Shown piece after piece: positions 25,705-37,478 of a stretch of DNA of 64,000 nt; position 1 is the first letter of the stretch, and each line of letters begins with the position of its first letter. Source of the DNA: Macrostomum lignano (lineage: Eukaryota). The notes under the pieces are model-generated. The model searched no databases, was not told the origin of the DNA, and saw nothing but the letters and a program-made list of their open reading frames with translations. Both the position numbers and the translations under genes were made by a program. The DNA is taken from positions 85,998-149,997 of the forward strand of contig NIVC01002683.1 of the NCBI GenBank assembly GCA_002269645.1, written 5' to 3'.

Positions 25705-28255
25705 AGTACGCAGCCCCGCATGCAAAGTCACAATTAGAGCAGGGCGCGTCAGATGGCGCGCCGCAAAGCCTGAGAGCGGACGAAGTCCGCCCCGTTAGCT
25801 GAGTCGGGCGCCCCAGCGTCGCAAAGAAGGCAGTCCACCTATCGACGGGTTCGGGCCAGACCCCGCCTGAACGGGCCCTGCAAGGTGAGCAGCAGGACGT
25901 CCTGAACAGGTTGGAGGTAATAGCCCTCGGCCCGGATCACGTGAAGTCGCCGCCAGCGCAGGATGAGGGACAGGCGCTGCAGCTTGGCCCGATCGTACAG
26001 CGCCTCGGTCTCTCGTAAGCTCGAAAGGCCGCACGGAGCAGCCCTGAGTCCAGCTACCGCTCCAGCGTAGCTGTCAACGTCTACGTCTCGGCGTTGCATA
26101 GCAGGACGGTTTCGACCACCGCCTGCCACAGCCGAGCCCTCTGGCGGTCGGGCAGCGCTTCGGACTGGAAGACGGTTCGGATCAAACGGAAGGCCGCCCA
26201 GGCAAATCCTCTGCGCCGTCGGAGGCCACGTCGGGCACTAGACCGCCGAGGTGGGCGAACCGCTAGCAGCGTGCGAACCTGGTCGTCTGCCCATCTAGGC
26301 CGCTGAGATGTTGGCCGGCTCAGTCAGCACCTCGGTCTTTAGCGTGTTGACAACCAGACCGACGGACATCAGCGAGATCCCGCGGTGGTCTTCTTTCCGC
26401 GTTGTCTCTGCCCTCTTTGGTATCGGCCCGATGTGCGCAACGGTCTACGCGGTGGACGCAGGAGCGCCGGCGAGCACGCGGTTCATGGCGCTTGTCAGCT
26501 GAGAGGCCACACAGCAAAGCCGCAGCGCCTTGACCGGCACTTCGTCGGCGCCTAGCGCCTTGCCGCCTGGTAATTTCCGAGAAAACAGCACAACGTCCTC
26601 TGTGGTGACTGGGCTGGTGCAGAAGTCCTCCTCAGCTGGGAGCGGCGTATCCAGTGGGAGCGCAAAACTGGCAGGCAGCGGTGACGCGGGCGCGTTCACG
26701 ATGCCGGCGAAGAAGTCGCGCAATTCGTTCCTGCGCTCCTCCGGGGTGTCGCCGGCCAGGTTCAGCACCACACGCTTTCTACACCCCGTCAGAGTCAGGA
26801 CGGCCGTCCACACTGCGCGGCTCTTCACGTCGGGGCCGGCTGCAGTGATGGTCCGAACGGAGTCGTCGACAGCGGCCTGCTGCCGCTCGTCTAGAAGGCG
26901 CTCAAAGCGTATTCAGCGTCGCCCGTGGGCCGCCGGTTTCTGCGGAGTCGCTCGATGTTGAACCGCGCCTGCCTGATGGTCGGGTCGCTCTGCCAGACAG
27001 GCAGCGATTTCTGCGCTCTGCAGCGGCTCTAGCGGAGGTGCTGATGTCGGAATACTCCGCCTCCCGCTGGTCTCTAAGCGCGCCGACGAAGGCGCCCGCA
27101 AATTGACACTTCAAGTAGGTGTCCAACAGTGCACGATAGTAGCGCGGTGGCCGCTGCTTTGGCGGTCGGTAGAGCTGGTCGTGGAACCGCAAGTCGCAGA
27201 GCAGAAGTCGATGGTCTGACCAGAGAGCCAGTGGAGCCCACGGTGTCGCAGTTGGTGATGCGGCGGCGCTCGCGAGTGCGCGAACCAGTGCATGATCGAG
27301 TTGCGCCAGTCCCCTTGTGGCGTTCTACCCGCGTGCGTTCCATCGCCTTCTCTTGCAGCCCGCGTAGGTGACCAGGCAGGCAGGGGGGCTTGCGGAACTG
27401 GGTATTCGCGGACACCAGGTCCAACCGGTCAAGCAGATCCTCCAGCACATCGGTGTTGGCGTTCTCGCATCCCGCGACAAAGGGCGAGCGCTCGTACCTC
27501 CGCGGAACTGCGTTAAGGTCTCCGAGCACTGCCAGCATATCGCGGTTTGGCACCTCTTCCAGCTGCCCAGCCCGGAAGTCGAAGAAGGCACGAGCCTCCT
27601 CGTGAGGTGAGCAGCGATGGGTGCATACGCGCAGAACAGCCGGATGCAGCGGGCGCGCAGGCGCAGGTCGACCCGCATCAGACGCGGGGACAGCGAAGCG
27701 CAGTGCACGCTCTGCCGAAGGTGCCGTCCGATCAGCACGCCGACACCGCCCCGGCCGCGGTCGTCTGCCGACGTGTACAGGAGGCTCCAGCCGGCTCCCA
27801 GGTCCTCAGAGTGTAGCCCAGGCTCAGCCACGATAGAAACCTCCTGTAGCGTGATGGGGTCCAGCTGAAGGTCGTGGGCCAACTGGACGAGAATGATGCG
27901 ACGCCAAGGGGCCTTCAGAGTTCGGCGATTCATCGTGCCGAGTCTGAGGCGGCCACCTGGTACCGCTGGGGCCAGATGGAGGTTGGCCTCGTGGTCCCCG
28001 GCGCCACCCGGTGGATCTATAGTTGGAATAGAAACAGGCGCCTGGCCACGCCACGGATTCGCCCTCGCCAGTTGAGCTCGTGCCGCCACTCAGTGCGACT
28101 TTGGGCGCTGCGCCGACCTCTGCGTGTCCCTGGTGTGCTGAGCTTTGCTGCCGCAGCCGAGGTGCGACCGTCCGAGCCAACCGAGGTGATCCAGCCGCGA
28201 TGACAGGTCAGGTGTCAGCACTACTTGCACGGTTGTGAAAATATAATGGCTCAGA
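25670..28255 (-). mobile_element. Decayed, internally deleted non-LTR retrotransposon (APE-RT, RTE-like) with (GTT)n tail
   Basis: APE motifs LRLGTMN..TL, ITLQEV, GGVGVLI, LFCAYAP, VLGDLNA, DLVSANTQF; RT domain-0 motif KALGADEVP; RT core missing; frameshifts; (AAC)n at 25670-25704; 5' end approximate. Confidence 0.85.
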
Positions 28256-28837
28256 TACGGTGTGTAACACATTAAAACATAATAAAATAAGATTTTTATT
28301 TTTTTACTTTAAAAATCTCTATACTGCTTTAAGCAACCACCTCAAGATATATGCAACTTTTTTTTAACAAATCACCGTTTCACTCGTCAGAAAGCATTTA
28401 ACAATAAAACGGGTATACTTTATGATTAAAAAACTTAATTTGGTGGCATCTTTTAAAAGACCTATAACTAGCAGCTAATCTTCTTGTACATGCTCGATCA
28501 GAATGCCTTCAGCAGCAGTTCAGCGTGCGTCCCGTGTGCTGCATCAGACTGAATGCTATACATACATGTAGTTCAGTCGAGTTACATGTATAGACGATCG
28601 ACATCAGGGGTGTCGGAACCGCGGAGGGGGGATGGGGTGCTGGTGCCCCCCCCCACTTTTTAGCATGATCTTGCAAGTGCCCTTTTTGAATTTCAAGCCA
28701 GTGTCGGCCGGTTTTCGGCTTTGGCTTTTCTGAGTCTTGGAAGCTAAGGGTACCAGCTGATATAATAGTTCATGTTGTTCTCAATCCCATTCCATTACAG
28801 TTTTCATCTAATGTGCCTAAGCCTAGTGCTTTTAGTG

Positions 28838-29724
28838 CAGGGGTCAGCAAAATTTTTACCTCAAGGGCCAGATTGAGAACAGCGCATGACTGCCCTTCTG
28901 GGTCCGCTTCGATGGGCCCCCTAAGCGAAACGCGCGCCCGGGAGTCCCTGATGGCTGCGGGCTATAGGGAGAGAGGATAGGGAATAGAGAAGAGAAATAC
29001 GAGCGCAGGAGAAAGGAGAGGCGAAGGAATAAAGGAGAAGAGAGTAGACGAGAAGAGAGATAAAATACGAGAGGAGAGAGAGGAGAGGGGAGATGAATGA
29101 GGACAGGAGAGTCGAAATATAAGAGAGGGGAAATAAGGAGAGGAGAGAGGTGAAATGAGAGGAGAGGAAATGATACGAAAGGAGAAGAGGGAGGTGAGGA
29201 GAGGAAAGAAGTGAGGAGAGGTGAGGAGATGAGAGGAAAGCAGAGAGGAAGAGGAGAGGAGAGGAGAGAGGTGAGGATATGAGAGGAGAGGAGAGGAGAG
29301 AGGTGAGGAGATGAGAGGAGAGGAGAGGAGAGAGGTGAGGAGATGAGAGGAGAGGAGAGGAGATGAGAGGAGAGAGGTGAGGAGATGAGAGAAGAGGAGA
29401 GAGGTGAGGAAATGAGAGGAGAGGAGAGAGGAGAGGAGAGGAAAGGAGAGAGGAGAGAAGAGGATAGGAAAGGAGAGGAGAGAGGTGAGGAGATGAGAAG
29501 AGAGCTAGAGGTGAAGAGAGGTGAGGAGATGAGAGGAAAGGAGAGAGGAGAGGAGAGGAGAGGACAGGAGAATATGAGAAGAGAAAGATGAGGGAAGAGA
29601 GCTGAGAAGAGACAAACATCAAGCGGGCCGGATTGCTATTCTGAAGATTCAAAGGACCCAAGGGCCGGATAGAGAGGCTTTGCAGGCAACATTTGGCCCT
29701 CAGGCCGGAGTTCGCCAACCCCTG
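28838..29724. mobile_element. hAT (Charlie-like) MITE with internal GA-rich microsatellite
   Basis: CAGGGGTCAGCAAA...GGGCCAGA at left and TTTGGCCCTCAGGCCGGAGTTCGCCAACCCCTG at right; TSD imperfect; (GGAGA)n-like tract at ~28965-29610. Confidence 0.7.
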
Positions 29725-30374
29725 TTTTTTCGTAGCTCGTATTCAGCCCCTTTACTTTGGCATCTCTGATCGGGATTCCGAGTCCGCCGCAATCCTAAGA
29801 CTTAAACCGCTTCTGGCGCTGCAACTAAAAGCACTAAAATGCCGTCAGATAAAAGAATAGAGACGGCGCCAAGAGGAACTGAAGGAAGCAGCCAAGAGAT
29901 CCAGAAAATTACTGGTCTTGCCCTGGCAAATTTCATTCATTTGAGATATTTACTAAATAAATTGATAGTGCAGTGCAGTTGCGCAATGTTTGGATTAGTT
30001 GAAAATTCGAACATTTTTCTGAATTTTGGCCACTTCCAACACAGAATTGAATATTGGCCTGGTTGTCACAATTAGTGTCGCAAACTGACATAACAGCAAG
30101 AGTTAGGGTACCCTTAGATAAAAAATCATGTGCAATGTGCGCCCTCCTCCCACCAATAGTATATAGCCACCCCCACTTTAAAATATTTTCCGACACCGCT
30201 GATATCGACATCAGCAGACTACCTCAGTCTACCTCAAGAGACGTGCAGTGACACCCACCTAAAGAGACAGTATAAGTGGCACTGCACCTCCACCTGAAGA
30301 GACTGCGATCGCCCACCTGCTGCTGAGGAGATCGACTGCATGCAGCTATAGTGATGCCCATGCACCTGAAAAGA

Positions 30375-30630
30375 GAAACCTGGAAAAACCATGGAATTGA
30401 AATAACTGGAGATACCTGTGGTGGAGATACTGGGAGAAACCTGGAGAAACTTGAAGGGAACTGGAGAAACACCTTAAGAAACTTAAAGAAACAATTGGAG
30501 AAACCTGGAGAACTTGGAGAACGTCAAAGATAAACCTGGAGAATTAACTTTATAGAAATTTAGAGTACTTGGAGAAACCTGGAGAAACCTAAAGAAACAT
30601 GGAGAAACATGGGAGAAACCTTGGGAGGAC
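30375..30630. repeat. Degenerate repeats of GAAACCTGGA
   Basis: GGAGAAACCTGGAGAAAC recurs about 10 times. Confidence 0.7.
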
Positions 30631-32654
30631 ATCGTAAATGTAATTCTGAGCTGTCGAAAAGGCTAGGTTAGAAGGCTCGGCTCAATAAATCAAGCAAGGG
30701 AGCAGAAATAACTAAGAAAGCTTTCTTTGATCACGATATTCCATCCGAATTTATTTCACAAACAAAGTATGAATTTGTCGACAAATAAAGCAATAATTTA
30801 GTCTATTTAGTCTAGAATATAAGTATATAAATATAAATATATATCCTATATACTAAAATCTAGTTTTAGTCTAAGAATTTAGTCACGATATTTCGTAGAA
30901 TGATCGTTATAGATAAAACAGCGTGAATTTAAACTGCTTCAAATAAGTGAGGATTTCTTTTTTAATGTAACTAAGTACGGAATTCACCCACCAAAAATAC
31001 ACCCCCCTAAATGTTGTAAAAAAATATCGATTGAAAAAATACTTAAACTGTCGCGCAGAAGAGCGCAATTCTTGCGCGTCTAATTATACTTATTAATTTG
31101 GTCTATGTTTGATGAAAAAAAATTTTTTCTGTTATTATAGGGGGTGTAATATAGGGTGTGTCGAATAACTTCTTTATGCAGCTTGCGCATGCCACTTTAT
31201 TTTCAGCATACATTCTTTAATAAGTAACTCATCTTGCGCGGGGGTTAATTTTCTAAACTGCTGCCTGCGCAAGCTAAAATCACTGGTGAAAATGTGCAAG
31301 AATAAACAAAATTGGCGTGAATTTAATTTTATCGCACGTTTCTGTTACCGTATAGTGAAATGGTGTAGCAAAGCACTGAAGGGACCGTAAAAATATATAT
31401 TGGCTTATATACTGAACTGAAAATGAACCAAAATAGCATTTAAATACTCTAAAGAAGTTTACCTTATTCCCCCAAGTGGCCCCAACTCAGGCACGTGGAT
31501 ATGGATAGCCCATAGTGTGGTGTTTTCTTTTTTACAACATCTTGCAAGTATTTGAGGCTACGCTACGAGTATGGCGTGTCAGATGATATTATTTGTAGCT
31601 TTAAGAAGTTTAGAAAGGCGCAAACTGTTTCTTGTATATACTTATGCATTCTATAAAATTTGTCATGGACAAAACCTCTTGTATAGGCCTACAATATGGT
31701 ACGAGCGTAGCCTCATTTGGACATAAAATTTCTATCTCTTAATAATAGTTAAATGTTAAAATTAGACCTGATTTTTATTTAAAATAAGCTATGAAAATGC
31801 AATAGAAGCATGTTCATATATAAAATTTGGTAGATCCAAAGTCTTAAATAATGCAACTTTTCAAAGCTAAATATATCTATACAATATATTTGCAAAATAT
31901 TTTAGTACTATAAATCTTACTATATACTAATAACATTCTTAGTATGTACCTTCTAGGTCTACTATTGACCTAGAATTTTTATATGTATTTCTTAGATTAA
32001 CTGCTAAGAAATTTATAAGAAGAGCCATTCAAATTCAACTATCTAGTTATCAGGCAATTCCCAAGATTAGAGAGTCAAAAAAGCCTTCTTAGTATTTATT
32101 GTATTCCTAAGATCTACCTTGTTTCACTTTCATCTCTTTGGTATTCCATGTATATTTGTATATATGATATAATTTGTTTCTACTTTACTCTTTTGAAAAT
32201 TTACTAAGATTTCTAAATTTATTAGATTAACAAGTTTAGAAAAAGGTTGAGCCAAGTTTGAAACAGGTTAGGCCTAAAAATAGGCTATTTGGCTTGTTAG
32301 ATAGCTCCTTTTTAAAATCTTTTTAATTTTAATATTAACATTGCCTTTCTTTTTTCACTTATATATAATTGATATTGCTTAGTATTATGTCTAATTATTT
32401 ATAATATATATGTGTTGAAGTATATTACATTAGCAGTCTTTCTATTGTATTAGTAGGCTTTTACTATTGTCTACTGAAACTCTTTTAAGTTGATCAATAA
32501 CTTAACAATGTTAATTATTATTGAATTCATTTACCAACTCTCTTGCTAACTTCCAATTGAAAGAGGGTTCAGTTAAATGTGTACATATACAAAAACTTTT
32601 TATTTTGCAAATTTTAGTTAGGTATAATTAATCTCATATCTAGAGTAATAATAC

Positions 32655-32815
32655 AGATTTGCTAGCATCTCTTGAAGGGATGCTGATTAAAGAGATGCTA
32701 ACACCTCTTGAAGGGATGCTGATTGAAGAGATGCTGACACCTCTTGAAGGGGCATTGGTACTGATTGAAGAGATGCTGACACCTCTTGAAGGGGTGCTGC
32801 TGATTGAAGAGACCC
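32655..32815. repeat. ~33-bp tandem repeat (GCTGATTGAAGAGATGCTGACACCTCTTGAAGGG), followed by degenerate CCCTTTAAGAGGTAC repeats to ~33450
   Basis: Direct reading. Confidence 0.8.
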
Positions 32816-33514
32816 TATGACTATTGATATTGATAGTGATCAACACATTTATTAGAAACAGAGAAATAATGTCTCTATAACAACATTTTGTGATCAATGA
32901 TAGGATAAAATATAATATCCTTACAAATGCAAAAGACTAAGTAAAACTTTGTGTCAGAATGGGGATATATTTAAGAGACTAGGTAAAAGCCTAGTTAGGA
33001 GGTATTTGACCTATACCTTTTTAAGAGGTACACTTGAGTAATTATTCATAAAAATGAGATACTCTTGGCTTTTTAATTATCTATACCCCGTTAAACTTTT
33101 AGCTATTAAATTATCCATACCCATTTAAAGGGTCACTTTTGTCTATTGAAATATCTCCACCCTTTCGTCTATTCAACTTCAAGGTAAATATTCATGCCCC
33201 CCTTTAAGACGGACTTTTGGCTTCTAGAACTATTGGTACCCCTTCAAGAGATACTTTTGTCTTTGCATTCATAGCCTTTCAAGGGGTACTCTTAGCTATT
33301 GAATTATCACTACCCCTTCAAGAGGTACATTTGAATATTTAATTATCAATACCTCTTTAAAAGGTATATTTGGCTATCGAATTGTCCGTACCCCTTTAAG
33401 AGGTACACTTTCGATATTCAATTATCAATACCTCTTTAAGAGGTACTTTTGTCTACTGAATTATTCATTCCTTATGCTCGTCATTTAATTGAATGACGTT
33501 TTCTACTTTGCAGT

Positions 33515-34112
33515 GGCACACTGTTGCGTTGAAGTCGCCGACGTTTAAGATTGGGCGAGAGGTCAATTGTCCGCATGCAGAAGTGGCTTTGCGGCTGGAA
33601 TATCATGAGGCTACCCAGCTAGCGTCTTTGGCCGACAGTTATGCCCCTGCTTTTGAGGCTTGAAAGTGAGCATTAAGACACGGGAGGCCAATTCTGTTTC
33701 ACCTAAGGCAACGACGTTGAGGGGAAGGTTGGCCTTTGTAGGCCACTCACATGGCTGTGCTTGGGTACTGTTTACGCATGGCATTCCCAACACACGCAGT
33801 GTAAAACAGCAGCACTTCGAGGCTGGTGTACGGTTTATGCGATTTATCATCGCTGAGCAGATAGGCATTGTTCAAGATGAACATGTAGCTCAGGTCGGTT
33901 TTGAAGATGTTCTGCGATGCTCTGACATGCCCTCTACACACCTGATGTTGGTAGCCACGCAGGCCATTTCTGTACTACACAGCCGTGGAGAGCCTGAATT
34001 GCTTAACGCTGTAGCTGCAGAAATTGCTTCGGATGCAATATCCTCCGCCGGCTCTTCGGACACGGAATCTGTGGAACCTGGAGAATCGGTAAATGCGTCA
34101 GTTGATTTATAG
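33515..34112 (+). CDS. Possible second (convergent) gene of the Mutator-like element, product unknown, probably frameshifted
   Basis: GC-rich coding-like block after acceptor TTTGCAG|TGG (33515); open 150-aa frame 33660-34112; no recognised motif. Confidence 0.35.
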
Positions 34113-35447
34113 ACATTAGTGGTTGGCGCTGACAACCACTAATGTGCTGATCGATCATCTTTTGTAACGCCAATCAATGTGGAGTCTCGTCGCTGAGGGC
34201 GTCAGCAGCATATGTTGGCCGGGTGAAACGCATCAGACGCAAGAGCCAACAAATGGAGCGTCACCCGATACTACAAAAGTGCTTGAAGCAAGACACAGGT
34301 TTCTATGCGATGGAACTCCGCCGCAGCAACCGGCGCCATCAGCAGGTCACGTAGCTGTTTATTCTTCTAGAACTAGCTTTTCTGGTCACATTAGGCTACA
34401 TTATCTTCCGATAGCGTGTGCAATTTACGGATAGGCATGTTGACTCATGAGTTAATGATCCGTTTTTGTCATCCTAATCCATGCATACTCAACTCTCAAG
34501 CTAGTATGTTGTCACATTCGCTTGGAATCTCGTAATTCTTCCAATCGGATCAATCCGTTGTGTACATTATGTTTTATGTTTATCCCAGAAAAAAACAGTA
34601 AAATTCAGAAGTAGCTTCAGATAAAGAATAATTTTGCGCAGAGGGCCGCGCTCCATAAACGGAAGAGACAGTTTATTAAGTTTTACCAGAATATTTTACT
34701 TAAGCTAGACTGCTAAAATAACTTTTTTGTTGTGTAGACTTAAACGAATTCACGCATCGATTCGCTGTGCACAGGAGTTTTTGGACATACTCGTATTTAT
34801 TCTTCAAAAAGGTGACGAGTGACAACGGCGCGCAGAAAAATGATTTTCGAATAAACTAAGATTACTCGTATAGGCGTCCAGCAGAGAAAAATGGAAAAAT
34901 CATCCTAATAAAACAAGAGCACCAAATGGGCAAAAATGCCGTACAAATTTTGTTATTTTTCAAAAAAGAAGAATGTCGTTTTTGTTATGATCAACCTATG
35001 TTCACATCAATTGTCGCTAATCCATCTTTTTGCCAAAAGCAAATATACGAGCGTAAATTACTTTGTAAAAAAGTTTGACGAGCTGAACAGACTCCAGGCT
35101 AGTTTGCGATAACAAGAAACAGTGTAAAATATGCAATATAATTGAAATTCTCCTTGTTTTGGTATTGATACTTTTCAAATACTAGCTTTTGTTGTAAAAA
35201 CGTTTTGGTCGTGGGATCATGTGGGGAAATTTTTCGAAATATCCCCGATCCACTCTGACCCCTGGGTGCTATCTCTGTTCCGTCTCCCACTCAGCCTCAA
35301 TTGCCTTTCCGGAGCCCTCTTTTTGTGCACCACGCCTGCCTCCCCATTTCTCATTCTCATGCGCCCCATCCCATTTATCATATATTTCTCGTTTCTCATC
35401 TTCTTATCATATTTTCTTGCGCTGTCCCCTCCTCATTCGCATCGCCG

Positions 35448-35488
<41 letters not shown>

Positions 35489-35767
35489 CTCTCTGTGCAG
35501 CTGCCGGTGAGTTCCTGTACTGATTTGTGCTCTAATTGCCTTTGCTTATCCTGGGTTTGCTTATTTCCCATTGCTTGATTAGAGAACTGAGCCAATTGTG
35601 TACCGTACCTTGCTGTATTTTACTCAATAGTGAAGTCGCCTAATTGCCTGCTTATTTCGCCTAAGGGTAACTAAACACCTCATTTTTCACACCCCATCAC
35701 TTCTCTCATGAATTAATGCAAGTCAGTTGAAGTAACATTTGCGTTTTGTTACTCGATTAAGGAAAGC

Positions 35768-36333
35768 TTACAAGCAGTTGGGACAAAAGAATAGTTGCTT
35801 CCTTTGGGAAGCACGCTGGACATCAGAGTGGCTCATGGAAATGCACGAAGGATGGTACCACTCTTCGCAGCCATCACATTGAACCATGAACTCGCCACGA
35901 AAGTAAGGTGCGCGGCATCGGCAGAAAAGCTTAAACTGAAGGGAAAAAATAACGCTGCGTCTGAAGCTTCGCCAACTGGTAACCGGGAAGGGGCGCATCT
36001 TCCTTTGCTCTAAACACTCCAGTAAGTGTGGTCGCATTTGCTCCGCGGCGAAATTGCACATCATCGGATCGATGTTGTTGGCTAGCGACACTGCGAAGGC
36101 GATCGTGTAGAGCCCGCAGTCCAGTGCCCGCTTCTGTCGGGCGACGTTCGCAAAATCCAGCCTTAATGTCGCTTTTCTGTCCGCCACAAAAGCTGCGATT
36201 TGGCGGACTACGTCATCATCCAACTCCTGGGATGGGGGGTTCGAGTCGTAGATAACTAGCGATTGAGTCAAGTTGGACATCAGGAACCAGTGACCGCGTT
36301 GAATGTCGTGAACAGCCTGAATGAACTTCTTTC
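35768..36333 (-). CDS. Transposon gene last exon: Ulp1-like cysteine protease plus PHD finger
   Basis: Acceptor TTCCCTAG|GA; GHW...IYDS...RQKRALDCGLY (H-D-Q-C catalytic pattern); CRC...MVQCDGCEEWYHPSCI...CPNC PHD. Confidence 0.82.
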
Positions 36334-36521
36334 CTAGGGAAAATACATGTATGCGATGTCTAAATGTAGTCCGAATAATTGCTGTACAAAGCGATTGATG
36401 GCAGAAGTCATTTGAACAAGCTTTAAAATCATGATGTACGAGCGTATGACAAAATTTCGCGCAACAAGTGGTAATCAATTGCAAAATCTTGTATCGTAGA
36501 AATCGCTATGATAGAAGTTAC

Positions 36522-36664
36522 CTTCTTCAACGTGTACATCCTTGTGATGAAGAATAGCTGGGTTAGCTAGCCCAGCAATGTCGGGAGTTGCTGTGCGTAA
36601 AAGCACGAATACCGCGGTCAATACTTCACCAGTGAGCTGGCCGTGCGTCGCTTCAATGCTTGCT
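36522..36664 (-). CDS. Transposon gene middle exon (Ulp-like N-terminal part)
   Basis: TTTCAG|A phase 2 to G|GTAAC phase 1; ASIEATHGQLTGEVLTAVFVLLRTATPDIAGLANP joins both neighbouring exons in frame. Confidence 0.65.
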
Positions 36665-37478
36665 CTGAAACATTACGAGTAGGCGACATAGCAATCTGTG
36701 TTTTCGTATACTCGTATCTATACATAAAACATCAAAGCATTCTATTTCACATCCACAGTAGCGGACAAAAGAAAGTAAAAAGGGCTTAGCCTAATATCGA
36801 TACTTAGTGCTAAAATTACACACAGACGAGACGGGAGTTGAGATCGATTAAGGAATTTTTTACCCTGGTTCATTTTTTCTTCGGTATGTGAGAGCAATTT
36901 GAGCTCCAATGGAATACAGCAGGGTGAATTTAGGAGAAGCGCGGCTACCAAAATGCAAATTTGGTAGGGAGGGTACCACCGCTGGAGGGAGGGTACCACC
37001 CTCCAGCGGTGCCGGCTAATGCTCGTCGGCCACTGCCTCCGCAGCTACGGCAGAGGGGAGCAAAACCCGCTGGCGCTCACCGTGCTACATCAGCCAACCG
37101 AGCGTCTCCGATGGGGCCAAGGCCGGACCGCCACGCTGACCGCCACGCTAGAGTCTGACCTGCAAGCCATTAACCTGACCCCACAATCTGTCACAAACTG
37201 TTCTTCTCGTCTCTTCTGCGAGCGCGTGCGCGCAAGACGCCAACATAATCTTTGCGTCCTTATATATATATATATAAGTCGAAAGAGGAAGAATACAAAT
37301 ACATTTACATTACATGACATTATTTGTCGTTAAAACTCCCGCCCCTTTCTTTATTGGTAAGAGGCAACACGCCACATCCAAAAAAACTCCTGAATCCGCC
37401 ACTAGATAAAAACGATTAATGATTGGTTTTCCCCTGGTACACACTGTTTCAGAAGCTCAGACGTACACTTTTACTCAC

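Noticed and set aside
29730-30350. GC-richer segment with short ORFs as a possible gene or RNA
   Set aside because: No recognisable protein, tRNA or snRNA motif and no consistent splice structure
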